NCBI RefSeq assembly: GCF_002113885.1
Contig: NW_018404676.1
Coordinates: forward strand, 255,453-319,452
Length of the DNA: 64,000 nt
Reading direction: 5' to 3'
DNA from: Mizuhopecten yessoensis
Taxonomy: Eukaryota
Shown here: positions 26,301 through 38,887 of the stretch, one piece after another
How positions within the stretch are numbered: position 1 is the first letter of the stretch
Layout: each line of letters begins with the position of its first letter
The notes under the pieces: model-generated
What the model saw: only the letters and a program-made list of their open reading frames with translations
What the model was told of the DNA's origin: nothing
Databases searched by the model: none
Position numbers and translations under genes: made by a program

Positions 26301-29300
26301 TATTCACACTAAAACATTTTGCCAGCAGACTTAATATTGTTGTTTTATCAGTTCATACTACAAAATGCTGAAATATGACAGATGTTCTTGGGTATATCTT
26401 TTAAGAATGCCAATAAGTGTTTATTCCCCCCCCCCCTTTTTTTTTATCAAATAGCTCTAGATACTTTTAGAATGAGTGGTTTTATCAACACCTATTAAAA
26501 GTTGTCAATATTAGGTATATATACTATGAGCTGACTGATTGACTGTTTAATCCCATTGCAGCATAGTTATGGTCTTAGAGACGGCAACATAATTTAGCTG
26601 ACTTGATTGTGAACCGTGACAATAGTCTGGATATAAATAAGAAAAAATCCCCATTTTCAGTGTGATGAGAACCTATCAGAACTACATATTTATTGTTAGC
26701 TTTATTTACCCTAGCTGTTTGCGTGTGACAAAGTTATACTCCAGATCTGGGAGACGAATGTTTTTAGGTACAGCCGACAAAGCCAGTATCTGTATCTCAC
26801 TTCGGGGATGGTGTGGGTTCATGTTGAGGTCGATGTCGTAATACTGTAAGTTTTTGGGTACCTGGATCTCCCGACCACTGCTGTAGTAGCTCTTCTTCAC
26901 TGTGAATCTCCTAATCAATATCACACAGCCTTCCTGCAACCTTCACAAACACAGGACAAAAGATATATAACAAAGCTAGTAAACTGTATTGTTTCTACAT
27001 GAACAGAGAGATAAAACAGATTCAATTAAGCATTTACTTTCAGATAGCATTCAGTCATAGTAAATGTGAATGCCATTTAAATACGAATATCAAATGGAAT
27101 TCAAATAATCTATCTGAACAATTCTTCAATTATATCCTGAACAAATCTTTAATAGTATTCTGAATAACCACTATAAATAGTGTTCTGAATAACCACTATA
27201 AATAGTATTCTGAATAACCACTATAAATAGTGTTCAGAATAACCACTATAAATAGTGTTCTGAATAACCACTATAAATAGTGTTCTGAATAACCACTATA
27301 AATAGTGTTCTGAATAACCACTATAAATAGTATTCTGAATAACCACTATAAATAGTATTCTGAATAACCACTATAAATAGTATTCTGACAAATAGTTGTA
27401 AGTGTTTTGCACAAAGCTTTGATAAAAAAATTACAAACATTTGATAGTACATTTGTATTCTAAACAAACTTTCATATTTTCATAACACGCATTGGGAAAT
27501 ATTTTCACAAACCATTGGTAGCTATCTGTATAAACCTGAAGTGGTATGCTGCACAAACTTTGGGCGGTATTCTGAACCTAATTGGCAGTATTCTGTATAA
27601 ACTTTTAAGTTATATTCAGCATATACTTTCAGTGGTAGGCTGCAAAACCTTTTGAAAGAATTCTGTAAAAACCAACTGCAGTGTTCTGTACAAACCTTTG
27701 ATAATGTTCTGTACATAGAGCATTCCATAAAACCATATTACACACTCCAGTCTCATCACAAACACTAAAATGGGCCTGAAACATAGAAAGCATGTCATAA
27801 ATTAATAAAGCAGTTTCAACATTGTTATAACTGTTACCTTGTAAGGCACCACATTTTTTCATTTTATACCTGATTTTTTGTATCTAAATTTGTTCTGATG
27901 CTGATTAAGGGTCGAAACATCTGAAGAGGGCTGGCCATCACCTGATGACGTCAAATGAGGCTTCGCGACTAGAATGACAGCAGTGACGGACTACAAGTCA
28001 AGGATGTCACAAGATGCAGAATCACCATCATCTGTAAGCAATCATCACACACCTCATGTGTCGAAATTGGTCAATGTTAACTTGGATTAAAGCCGTTATA
28101 TCCAGCACGACGTTGTCATGGTCATCTTTACCTATTGATATATCTAAGTATATTTATAGTCACATGAATTTGATGTTAAATGCTGATTACTATGGTATCA
28201 ATATTTTACGGTTAAAACAACATACAGTTAAACCCCACTTCGTCAAACTCGGTTTATTCCAATAACCCTCATTCGTCGTACAGTTAGTTTGGTTCCGACC
28301 GAGTTGGTACATATTCTTTGTAAAGTAACCCCGGATTAGTCGAACCGCTATTCCTCAAACACCCCATATTCCTCGAACAAAAATTTGTCCCCGACACAAC
28401 ATTGTCATAGTGTAAATCCTAACTATTCGTCGAACAGGTGTGATCACCTGTCACGCCTGACAGATATTTTACCTGTGTATCACAGGTACAGGCACTGCTG
28501 CCGGCATGTCTCGAGGCACAGGCTGCGGTCCGCGCTCATCGTGCTTATACAGGTGTCTGCTGGACGTCAGATAATTAAAGGATTAACGGCAGTATCATTA
28601 AGTAACTGGACCGTTACCCTGTTGTAGCTGCATTATCATTTTTCGTGCATATTATTTTTTCCAGATGATGTTTTGACATCGATGATTTGGTGGAAGTGTT
28701 AATTCACTCGGTGTGTAAAACCATATTTTGGTATGGCAATATAAGCGGAATTCACATAGCGGAATCCGACCAAATTTAAAGATATTCAAACTTGATTAAG
28801 TCGTGATTGTTAATTTCGTTTTCAATCAACATTGTGATTACAAGGATTCAAGATTTTCTTCATTTCATAATGATTGAAGAGTTCCTCTTGTTTTGATATT
28901 TCTTAAACTTAACGCAGACGATTACAGTATGGCGGACTATGTCAAAACGATAAGTACACTATACATGCAGCTTTTTAATTTTATTTATTTTCTTCATACC
29001 GGTGGCTATATGTTTTTATTGTTAAGCTATTTTAGATCTCATAAAATTCTGTCATCTTGATTAAACTTCCTTTTTCTTCTATCATCTACTATTCGCGATA
29101 GTTGCATTGCTCATACTGTCTGTTGTCCCACCTATTAAAAAAATGACGATGTCGGTCGAACCTCGGATTCGTCGAATACCATGTATTCCTTGAACTATTG
29201 ATTTGGATCCTATGAGTTCGAGTAAACAGGGTTTCACTGTACATATTATCATGCCTAGAATAAAAAAATTGCTATGTCAATTCTGATACACTATATACCT

Positions 29301-32300
29301 GGAAATTTTCGTCCTGTCAAACCTTCGCCCTTCTCCTGTGACATCCAAATTAGCCCAGTGTTAATTTCGCCTTTCACATTTAATTACTACGTAAATTATG
29401 TTGTTGCCTAACATTTTATGTAATGATAATTTCACCCGAATTCCAGAGGGTGAAAAGCGCAAAAAAATCCCAGTATACAGTAGTAAAAAGACTTCAAACT
29501 TGTAAGATGTATAACAGAAGTGAATACATATCGTTCTAAGGGTACAAACTAGATTGGCTCAAATAGCTGATGACTTTGTAAATGAACACTTCTCACAATG
29601 AGGTCATACCTGGAAAGGCCACTTCTCTGCCTTGCATGGCTTAGCGTAGTGGAGTAACCGACATTTACCTACAACCTTAACAATCATGTGAGGGTTGATG
29701 GTTTTAACATCTGTCCACTTCTTTGCAATTTCTTTCACTTTGTAGATATCCTGTGCTCGAACTCCTCCAATACTTTTAGACTCTTCATCTACGGAGAAAA
29801 ACGATCATTCACCTTGTCATAGTAAACAAAAGATGTTTTATCGTTACACTGCTCAAAGACAGTTTCAAATAGTCAAGTAACAGGTAAAAAGGCACCCTTC
29901 AACTTGATGCTTAAATCCCAAAAGGTCACTTTCCTTCTTTGCTTTAGTAATCCTTAGGTATATTGACATTATTTGAGGTAAATGACTTGTGTACATATAT
30001 ATATCACATCTGATCACATGTTTTATACCTACTTAATATCCTTACAAACATGTGGTTAACCTTCTCAAGGCTACACTCCAACACAATTATGAGCTTTCAT
30101 CGAGATTAATGAAGATGTTTTGAATTAATTAATCTGTGGCCCTATATTTCATGTTCTTTTAATTCATTTTTACCTTGTTCTACCCCTGTTCCCTTTATTG
30201 AATATTGAGTATATTTGAGCTGGGTGGAACTGATCAGTTATTTTGCTCTTTACCTTCTGAACTTAATTAAATTTTGTTATATTTTCTTTTCTTCAACAAA
30301 TAACTCAAAAGAGAGAGATTCTTTAAATTATGTATATACGTACTTGTACCAGCTAGTTTCCATTGTGGTCCAGTTATCTCTATACTTGACCAAAGATCCA
30401 GATAATAGCCACGCGAGGAAGTGAGGGGCAGAGCCTTGGTCTCATTAGCACCACAGTCAGGACACCAGGTAAGATCGGCCATATCTGTAACAAATGATAC
30501 AATAATAACTCACTCTACAAGGATTTATGATCTAACCAGGCGATGTATTTTTGGTACATGTACATGAAAGTAAAACAGAGAAAAACCTTAGGAATGTGAA
30601 TATTTCTGGACTGATCACAGGTTCTGGATGAACAAGGTTCACAGGTATTTCCGTTAATAAATCTAATACGTATACATGTACCATAAAGTAAGGCTCTGTA
30701 AGTTCTATCAAAGATAGTGTTATTCACAAGAAGTTAATCTGATAAGGCAGATATATATTATGGCCACAAGAGAAATCACTGATTTACCCAATTTACCTGA
30801 GCGCACAACTTTACTAGACCATTAACGTGTCAAGAACATATCTTGAAATGTTGCTGTAAGTATTCTCTGTGACAACTTATACATTATGTTACCACTATAT
30901 GTCAATACAGTTATATACAATTACCTGCTGGTAAAAATGATAAACATGGTTTTGTTGCCATGTTGATGCTGTGCAATACAACTATACTGCTTCCTGACAA
31001 ACTGGTCTCATCATAACGCACTGTACATTTTGTGAAAAGTACAGAACAGCCTTCTCTCAACTGAAATTAAAAAAATTACATACTTATATACACATAGAAT
31101 TTGATGCAGTAGTTAGTTTTCAAACATTGAATATAAGTAGCTCATTGAATATTTATGCAAATAATTTATTTGGACAAATTTGTAGCCCTTAAACCCAGCA
31201 AGTTAAGGAGTACAGGCCCAACAGTTCCTGAGAAGAAGTCTGATGAAGTTTTAACAGTTATTATTTATGTGATGTCAAATGTGGATCAAGGTCATTCATA
31301 CAGTTTTCAATCGAGTTAGCTATCTTTAAGCCATATATCAGCACTTTATGTCCAATTGTTCACTAAAAACAAGAGGTCCAGAGGGCCTGTATTGCTCACC
31401 TGTTTCTTTTGTTACATGCAACTGACATATAGGTAACTTAAGACCAAATTTGGTAACTAGAACACAAGACATCTTAACATCTCTTAATGGTTCTGAAGAT
31501 TTTGTTGTTTGAAATTTGAAATTTCAATTTTAAAGCTTTTAATCCATATTGACCTTTGACTCCCGACTTTCACTTAAAATTGGCCTTTGACCTCATTATG
31601 GTAATAAAGAAAACAATTCACACAGCTGGTCTACATAACATACCCAAGTATCATGACTCTAGTCCAAATGGTTCTTAGGATATTGTTGTTTGAATTTTTT
31701 AACATATTTGACCTCAGTGACCTTGAAAGTAGGTCAAGGTCGTTTTTTTTTTGTTTTTTTTTATAGCACTCCATCCCAGGTACCTACTGCCCAAATAGCA
31801 TGACCCTGGGCCTAATGGAACTTGAGAAGAAGATTGTTAAAGCCTTTGACCCATGTTGACATTTGACCCCCAACTAGCATTTAAAGTTGACCTTTGACCT
31901 CATAACTGTAACTAAGAAAAATAATCGCACTGCTGGTCTACATAACATACCCAAGTACAATGACTCTAGTTCTAATGATTCTTAGGATATTGTTGTTTGA
32001 ATGTTTACCATATTTGACCCCTGTGACCTTTAAAGCAGGTCTAGGTATTTTTAATGAGGAAACTTTATAGCACTACATCCCAGGTACTTACTGGCCACGG
32101 ATTATGACCGTGGGCCTTATGAAACTTGAGAAGATTTTTGAAGCTTTTAACCAAAGTTGACATTTGAACCCCGACTAGCATTTAAAGTTGACCTTTGACC
32201 TCATTACTGTAATTGAGAAAAATATTCGCACTGCTGGTCTACATAACATACCCAAGTATCATGACTGTAGTTCAAACGGTTCTTAGGATATTGTTGTTTG

Positions 32301-35300
32301 AAATCTTTCACATATTTGACCACTGTGATCTTGAAAGTAGGTCAAGGTCATTTTAATGAGGAAACTTAATAGCACTCCATCCAAGGTACCTACTGGTCAA
32401 ATATCATGACCATAGGTCATACAGTGCTTCAGAAGAAGTTGACGGCCGGACGACGGATGCTGCAGTACGGCATAAGCTCACATGGCCCTTCGGGCCAGGT
32501 GAGCTAAAAACTAGAAAAAGATTATGACACATTATCCAACTTTCCTCCTTAAGAGTGAATCAAGGTAATTTAACTTGACAGCCCTTCACTTAAAACAAGA
32601 GGCCCAAGGGCCTTAGCGGTCACCTGAGTTATATCATAGGTACTGGTAGCTTTATTTTATTGTTTAGATGTGATGTGGAAATCAGCATGTAAACTAAGTG
32701 AAATACAATACTTGTCATGTCATCAATGGATAAGAATTTGAAAATATTGGTAAATGTTCCCTTTGGGGCCCCGCCCTAGCCCCTGGGGATGGGGCAGGAA
32801 TCCNNNNNNNNNNNNNNNNNNNNNNNNNNNNNNNNNNNNNNNNNNNNNNNNNNNNNNNNNNNNNNNNNNNNNNNNNNNNNNNNNNNNNNNNNNNNNNNNN
32901 NNNNNNNNNNNNNNNNNNNNNNNNNNNNNNNNNNNNNNNNNNNNNNNNNNNNNNNNNNNNNNNNNNNNNNNNNNNNNNNNNNNNNNNNNNNNNNNNNNNN
33001 NNNNNNNNNNNNNNNNNNNNNNNNNNNNNNNNNNNNNNNNNNNNNNNNNNNNNNNNNNNNNNNNNNNNNNNNNNNNNNNNNNNNNNNNNNNNNNNNNNNN
33101 NNNNNNNNNNNNNNNNNNNNNNNNNNNNNNNNNNNNNNNNNNNNNNNNNNNNNNNNNNNNNNNNNNNNNNNNNNNNNNNNNNNNNNNNNNNNNNNNNNNN
33201 NNNNNNNNNNNNNNNNNNNNNNNNNNNNNNNNNNNNNNNNNNNNNNNNNNNNNNNNNNNNNNNNNNNNNNNNNNNNNNNNNNNNNNNNNNNNNNNNNNNN
33301 NNNNNNNNNNNNNNNNNNNNNNNNNNNNNNNNNNNNNNNNNNNNNNNNNNNNNNNNNNNNNNNNNNNNNNNNNNNNNNNNNNNNNNNNNNNNNNNNNNNN
33401 NNNNNNNNNNNNNNNNNNNNNNNNNNNNNNNNNNNNNNNNNNNNNNNNNNNNNNTAATTTTCCCTTTGGGGCCCCGCCCTGGCCCCAGGGGTTGGGGTAG
33501 GAATCCCAATTTTACAATTTTGAAGCCTCATCTACCAAGGATGATTCTGACCAAGTTTGAAAAAAATCCATCCACTGGTTCTTGAGAAGAAGTTGAAAAT
33601 GTAAAAGTTTACGCACGACGCACGACGGACGAAAAGCGATTGGAATAGGTCACTTGAGCAAAGCTCAGGTGACCTAAAAATTGTAGACAAATGTATGATC
33701 CATATGACATAAATAAGATGAGATTAATTTTTATTTTCATTCCAGCTAGCTACAGGCCAAAAATCAGAATTCTAGGACAGGATAATCTTAAGAATATATT
33801 TAAATTTTTCTCCACATTTTACCATAACCATTAATGGATTCCACAGTCATTTATTTGAAGAAAAAAAAACCCACAGTATTTTATCCCAGCAAGCTTAAGG
33901 ACAGATGTCAAGAACTGAAACAAGTAATATATATAATAAAGATTGTAACACATCTGACCATGGTTAACTTTGATGTGGGTATAGGTTGTTCATAAAGTAT
34001 TTCAACAGAGTTGATAACTCTTTATTCCAGTAAACTACAGGCCAGGCCAAATCGGTTGTTTGAAAATTTCAACACATTTTAGCCATGTGACTTTGTGGTT
34101 ATAACCCAGTAAGTCAATGTTATTTATTTTCATCAAATTTGACAGCCTTACGATTTGTCTAGTTACATGTCATATTTCCTTACCCTAGGTCTTAAGGTCA
34201 TTAAGAACTCATATGAAGGAAAAAGTTGACACTGGAAAGAAGGACAATGGACAGGCAGATGGACAAACAATATGTTAAAAATAAGATATATATTCATAAT
34301 GACAACCTGTCTGTTTTGGATTTCTGTTGATAATTTTGGATCTGCTACAACTTTGAGTTTATGTACATTGTCTGTGACAGTCAGCTGGTAAACATCAATG
34401 TACATAGTATCCAGGCCAGTCTGAGAAGTGTGCTGCGGATCTACCATGTACCGATCTATTTTCAAAACCTGCAAAATATATCATATTCATTAGTGGTAGT
34501 TCATTTGTATGCATACAAAATTATGAGAGGGTTGTTGAAGAGATTAGCAAAAAATTAATCTATTTAGAGATAAATTTCATACTATTTTTACACTTACAAA
34601 ATGATTGTGACTAAGGTAAGCTAAGAAGACAAATAAAGTGTCTAAGGGTTGGCTCGAAATAATGATAACATATAACCCATGGACTAAAATATGTTGACTT
34701 TTGCAGGTACAACTATGTATACAGGTACTGTCAATCTCATGATCTTTTTGTTAATATGATTTACTAGGACATTAGTGGACACAAGCATTGCTGCCTCTAT
34801 ATCTACGTCAATATATTTTGAAATACAACGTGGTAAACATAAAATAAGCCTATACATAAGATGCTGTATGATCGTACTTCAACTCCAGATCTTTCCAGAA
34901 TTCGTCCAAGTTTTTCTCAAAGTCAAATACGTTACGAGATGAAATAACATCTTGCGAGAGACTATTCCAGATATCAATTATTCTTTGAGTAAAGTAATGT
35001 TTTCTAATATTTGAATTAAATGTTGGATAGTTTCTTATTTCAATTATTAGTAGACCATCAGATGTGTTTAATTTAACTTACATACAGAATTACAAAATAA
35101 TATCTTTTTATCCTTTTAAATGATTGTCATGATTTGAAGTTCCTCTGGCCCTGACACCAGACTTAGACCTCATATCTATCAGATTGGGCACCACAGCGCA
35201 TATGGGTAATAATCCTGCCTTTGGGTAACATATTTGTATGTTATGGTTGAATGCACTTCGAATCTACTTTCACTATCCTATATAAAAAATCCAAATTTTG

Positions 35301-35982
35301 TACTTCACTTACGTTATTTAAAATCGCCATATGTATTGGTTATTACAAACAACTTTTGGTTGAACAGTTTTCTGTTTTGAAAGTATTTCACGACTTTTGA
35401 AGCCTTAGAAAAGAAAGTCGGGACATCTAAAATCACGAAAATGTCAAAACACGAAAAAACGTTCAACCAAAAGTTGTTTATAATAACCATATAAATAGCG
35501 ATTTTTAATAAAGATAGTGAAGTACAAAATTGATTCGAAGTGCATTCAACCATAACATACAAAGATGTTACCCAAATGCAGGAGTATTACCCATAACCTG
35601 TCTATCTGTCAAAATGTCTAAGTCTGGTGGCCAGAGGAAACTCGGGTTAGTTAGCCGTACTCCTATAACATAAGAGGCGGCCGCTGGTCGGCCATTTTTT
35701 CTTTCGGATATGATTTTGCCGACGGCGCAGATCAAAAGTATCTCGCCGTGTAAACCTCTACCATATGTTGGAGTAAGTTAGCCGCAGACACTGGACTAGT
35801 GATGTAGGCGTTGAGTTTTGAATACATATCCATATTTCAATGTACTTATTTGTTAATAACTCATTTTCTAATGCCAAATTTACCATAAATGGTCCTGCAA
35901 TAAAATCTTCTTGATGAAGATCTGCTCGCTTTACACATTTTTTCAGATCAACAAGAGAATTGCAGTTTGATTTTTCCGCCAT
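17377..35982 (-). CDS. RADX: RPA-related ssDNA-binding OB-fold protein RADX (CXorf57), complete, ~848 aa
   Basis: 14 exons, all GT-AG and phase-consistent: 35982-35884, 34468-34307, 31060-30925, 30484-30350 (or 30344), 29788-29610, 27775-27696, 26940-26710, 26168-26089, 25005-24899, 23958-23824, 22233-22048, 21847-21729, 18797-18187, 17663-17377. Motifs matching vertebrate RADX: VLKIDRY..LTVTD, LPLTSSRGYYLDLW, MVLWNALCTEHY, FTVKKSY, LPDLEYNFVTRKQL..IPDNYICDIVGCVTYVGR, FWVRRWLHLKD, GYFSYP. Confidence 0.92.
18213..18530 (-). repeat. Coding 21-bp minisatellite (NTAGHSS/NTAGNSS, ~12 near-perfect plus ~3 degenerate units) in RADX exon 13
   Basis: Plus-strand unit tgaagaatgccctgctgtatt, in frame within exon 18797-18187. 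Confidence 0.93.
18929..19980. mobile_element. HINE/Helentron-like non-autonomous element with internal tandem core
   Basis: Starts aactagaacactgacaggtcagt; internal ~120-bp tgacctttgacc-rich repeats; (gaca)n microsatellite; terminal hairpin cccgtatc-tcc-gatacggg. Confidence 0.7.
20040..20424. mobile_element. MITE, PIF/Harbinger-like termini (copy 1)
   Basis: TIRs tacattcgcgtatccggttgaaacggt / accgtttcaaccgggatatgcgaatgtagcc; inverted homologue at 25552-25888. Confidence 0.75.
20631..21785 (-). repeat. 77-bp tandem array (15 copies) made of the RADX exon 12 3' end plus its splice donor
   Basis: Plus-strand unit ttacctgacagttggagagtggatcagtttagccgagaccatgactgcttgtacaaacagatgtctaacaccaaaca; donor motif at 20647, 20724 ... 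21725 (14 x 77). Confidence 0.96.
22230..22700. repeat. Decayed ~33-bp periodic repeat abutting the RADX exon 11 acceptor
   Basis: Recurring 'catcaactgt..gtggagaaacagtgtcat' units. Confidence 0.6.
22705..23881 (-). repeat. 74-bp tandem array (~16 copies) made of the RADX exon 10 3' end plus its splice donor
   Basis: Plus-strand unit cttacctgggtgttaatggttgaggtgaggtacacctgtcggtgacaggtagactcagtcaggcgggttacaga; period 23747 to 23821. Confidence 0.96.
25552..25888. mobile_element. MITE, inverted and truncated copy of 20040-20424
   Basis: ttaggctacattcgcttatcccggttcaaacggtacgtg...cctgaggtcagccttggtccagatctgtgcc is the reverse complement of 20094-20424 with scattered substitutions. Confidence 0.8.
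27151..27388. repeat. 25-bp minisatellite (~9.5 copies) within an older ~23-25-bp periodic tract (27110-27716)
   Basis: Unit aatagtgttctgaataaccactata. Confidence 0.92.
28225..29239. mobile_element. Tc1/mariner-pogo type non-autonomous transposon
   Basis: TA-flanked, TIRs cagttaaacccc...aactcg / gagttcg...gggtttcactg, subterminal attcgtcgaa repeats. Confidence 0.78.
29292..29481. mobile_element. Short MITE
   Basis: Imperfect termini actatatacctggaaattttcg / cgcaaaaaaatcccagtatacagt. Confidence 0.55.
31367..32510. mobile_element. HINE/Helentron-like element with tandem internal satellite
   Basis: aaacaagaggtccagagggcc...gctcacctg start, ~300-bp internal repeats, (gacg)n, terminal gctcacatggcccttcgggccaggtgagctaaaaa hairpin. 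Confidence 0.75.
32593..33680. mobile_element. HINE/Helentron-like element spanning the assembly gap
   Basis: aaacaagaggcccaagggcc...ggtcacctgag start; same 'ccctttggggccccgccct' core on both sides of the gap; terminal ggtcacttgagcaaagctcaggtgacctaaaaa. Confidence 0.75.
32804..33453. other. Assembly gap (N run), probably collapsed internal tandem repeats
   Basis: Run of n flanked by the same repeat unit. Confidence 0.98.
34860..35030 (-). mobile_element. CR1-type LINE 3' fragment
   Basis: Minus strand translates as KHYFTQRIIDIWNSLSQDVISSRNVFDFEKNLDEFWK, typical of the CR1 ORF2 C-terminus. Confidence 0.7.
35139..35642. mobile_element. Long-TIR MITE / foldback element in RADX intron 1
   Basis: ~130-bp imperfect inverted arms (cctctggcc..ccagacttagac..gggtaacat..tttgtatgttatggttgaatgcacttcgaatc and its reverse complement at 35513-35642). 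Confidence 0.8.
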
Positions 35983-36869
35983 TAGAATCTGCGTAGTGGC
36001 GACGTTTGATATACTGGTGAAAATAAATACAAACATGGTCATCTCATTTAATCCGGAATATAATTATAAAAAAAAAATCCGCTAGTCAAAAATGAATTTA
36101 CTGTTAATATCAAGCTAATTGCAGCTATGAACATCGATTGTTCACAATAATATGGCTCTTAATGCATGTAACACAAAAAAGTCTACCAAAATCAGCATTG
36201 GAGATTTCTTTTTTTGCCCTCCGCTCTCGACTCCAAAATATTGAAAATCTTATAATATGACTGTTTGACATTTGAAGAAATTGGAAATTAAAAGAATAGC
36301 AAGACCAAGTAAAACACAACATATTATATACTGACTTGCCGAAAAATGCAAGAAAACAAAAGGGGTACCGGCCGGTTCAAGTTCGGCCACCCTAGATATA
36401 AATGTTTGGTCTTGAGCAAATATTTACAACTTTGAGGATATTAGCAGTTCAGTTGACTATGACAGACATTCACACGGTAAAACAGCGAGGAAAACTCAAA
36501 TCTTAAATTAATAAACGAGAGAAAGTTACTTTTGGGAAGGTAGATAGAAAAAAAAGCATGACCTCACTTCTTTCTAGTATTGCGAACTTTCTGTAAATCG
36601 AATTGCTATTTATTTATGTATTGCTGTGATATACGAATTTATTGACAATTTGGGGCAGGTTCGGTACATGCAACATATAAAAAGTCGTGAAATTGGCGGA
36701 AAATCTAACGTAACAGATACCAACGTGGGCCCAGACAGTCTGTCCCTGCATAATTGGGGATTTGCAAAAGCGATCAAAATTAATCTGCTGCGCCGATTGT
36801 AATATTTGGGATCTTTGATTTCTTTCTACTTCTAATTACCTTTCGTTTCCTATAGTGCCTTCCCTTGCA

Positions 36870-37160
36870 GATCGTTTGCCCAAGTGAGGAAGGCAATGGA
36901 CTCTGTTCTCATGCTGGGACATACCAAAGTCCTTAAATATGACCGTTGTTATTCCCTGCTTTATGTTCAAAATTTAATGGCAACAACTGGTTCACCCGTG
37001 GTCAATATAATGTGACATGTCGGAATGTTGTGCTGGGTGCCTTCGGCATGGTATTTCAGTGAGGTAGCGCTATAAAGTTAGCATCAGATCCTCGCTAACA
37101 CAAGGATCACATACACACGCGCGCATACGCAACACACATGGAGGCACGTCCTTAACTGTA
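36870..37160 (+). mobile_element. Mollusc-type SINE, decayed
   Basis: Central block 'gtcaatataatgtgac...cttcggcatggtatttcagtgaggtagcgctataaagtt' and tail 'ggcacgtccttaa', the latter shared with 59930-60030. Confidence 0.5.
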
Positions 37161-37249
37161 CAACCAACCAATCTGTCAGATGAGTACTGGGAAATCGGCG
37201 GGACTATGGGTACAATATCCAGCGCTGTTTTATTGAAGACTTTACTATC

Positions 37250-37760
37250 GTGTTAGATTTGCGGAACCAATTCAGTTATTGTACGAAACTGCATACGTGG
37301 TCGAAACGAAGACGCAACCCTTGGGACTTAAGTACACTTAAAATAATATGATTAGAAACACTGTAAAACATCAGGATGAAAGTGAATGGTTTGGCCAACT
37401 CTGGAATGATTGTGGGCTTGTTAACAGAAATAAGCTACGGACTTACATGAATTTAAAAAAAGGACCTAAAACAATAACATTTCGTGACACGATCCTACCG
37501 GAGCGTTCTGACAATGTTGGGATGGCACCATATGGGGTAGTGCTCCTCTGAAGATTATAACATGCCACCGACACCCCTAAACGTTTTGGTGTTCCCAATC
37601 TGTGGAAACAGAGGCTCACTTCTTGTGCGATAGTCCCATGTATAGTATTTTGCGAAATAATCTGTTTTACCTTAAGGGATAATATATTTATGATATTTTT
37701 CCCTAAATTAATTAAGGAGTGCATCCTCTAGTATTTTAAACAGATCTAGCATGATCTCTT
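37250..37760 (+). mobile_element. Decayed non-LTR retrotransposon ORF2 C-terminal fragment
   Basis: Broken frames give NKLRTY and VETEAHFLCDSPMYSILR (ExExHxxxxCxxYxxxR-like zinc-knuckle tail). Confidence 0.55.
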
Positions 37761-38356
37761 AAAGTTAGAATACTTGTGTAATTTTTAAACGATAAATGTT
37801 TTTTACTTGCATATTCATGGCATTGCATTGTATTGTAAATTAATTACGAACGTTTTTGTGAAACATGTATTTATGACTAATGTTAAATTGCATTGAAGTG
37901 TCAGACAAGTCAGTAAATGACCTGATGTTAATATGGTAATATCTGAATTATTGATATGTATCTGATTTATGTATAAATTAACATGTGACACTCTAATTAA
38001 ATATTGTATTGATTGGTTGATTAATTGTTGTGGGAAGTTGGTCTGGGCTGCATACCTTCTTAGATCTCTCTCAGCAGCTTCAAGATACTCTCGGGCCTGA
38101 ACACTGTAACGGGTTGCGGGTATCGCCACTGTTAGTTCTCCATAGGTTCGCAAAGTGAGCTGTCATTTGCTCGCTTTGTTTTTTTACAGCAGTTTTCATT
38201 ACCCTCCCAATGTTGGGACACTTGGTTCATTCCTTTCTGAGATCATTTTTTTTAGATAAATAAATCAAAGACATCGGTGTGTGGAATCAGAAACCTTCTT
38301 TGTGTACCACTCCATCAAAGCATATGCAGTATTTCATTAAAGGTCGACCAGTTATA

Positions 38357-38684
38357 GGGGAGACCGGGGCAAGTTCGGCCCTGAGGTAGGTCGGGTCACA
38401 GCTGATATGTTTGGTCTTGAGCAAATATTTACAACTTTGTGGATCTTAGACGTTTAGTTTGTTGGGCGGGACATGACGTTGCATGCTTAAGGATGTGTAT
38501 AATTATGCTGATTTCAACGTGGGCCGAACTAACCTTAAACTGCCTGTCCGAATTTTTGACTTTTAAAAATAAATAAATATGAAAGACGTAGAATTTCTCT
38601 TTCAAATGGTGTATAAACACATACATTTCAACAAATGACATGGACGACTTTAATAATAATGGACCGAACTTGCCCTGGTCTCCC
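38357..38684. mobile_element. TA-flanked MITE (related fragment at 36361-36450)
   Basis: TIRs ggggagaccggggcaagttcgg / ccgaacttgccctggtctccc; internal atgtttggtcttgagcaaatatttacaactttg also present at ~36402. Confidence 0.75.
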
Positions 38685-38887
38685 TAAACCAATAGTTACA
38701 TTCTTACTACTGCAATTCTTGATATTTATCATACTGTACCATGTGTATAGAACGATATGCCTTTTGGGATTTTTTTTTTATATACACAGGCATATACACA
38801 TATCTGCTCTTCAAATATTGCTTTACATACCTAGTCTTTCCACTAGTAGTCGACCAATACCTCTATTATTTCTGATTACTTTTGAAA

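Noticed and set aside
27895-27960. Hammerhead-like words (CGAAAC, CTGAAGA, CTGATGA)
   Set aside because: Wrong order and no supporting stems.
32715-33531. Long ORFs of 222-264 aa
   Set aside because: Artefacts of translating through the N gap.
17377-35982. Initial alternative identification as SHLD2/FAM35A or RPA1
   Set aside because: Motif order and specific blocks (YYLDLW, LWNALC, VKKSY, ICDIVG..VGR, RWLHLKD) fit RADX.
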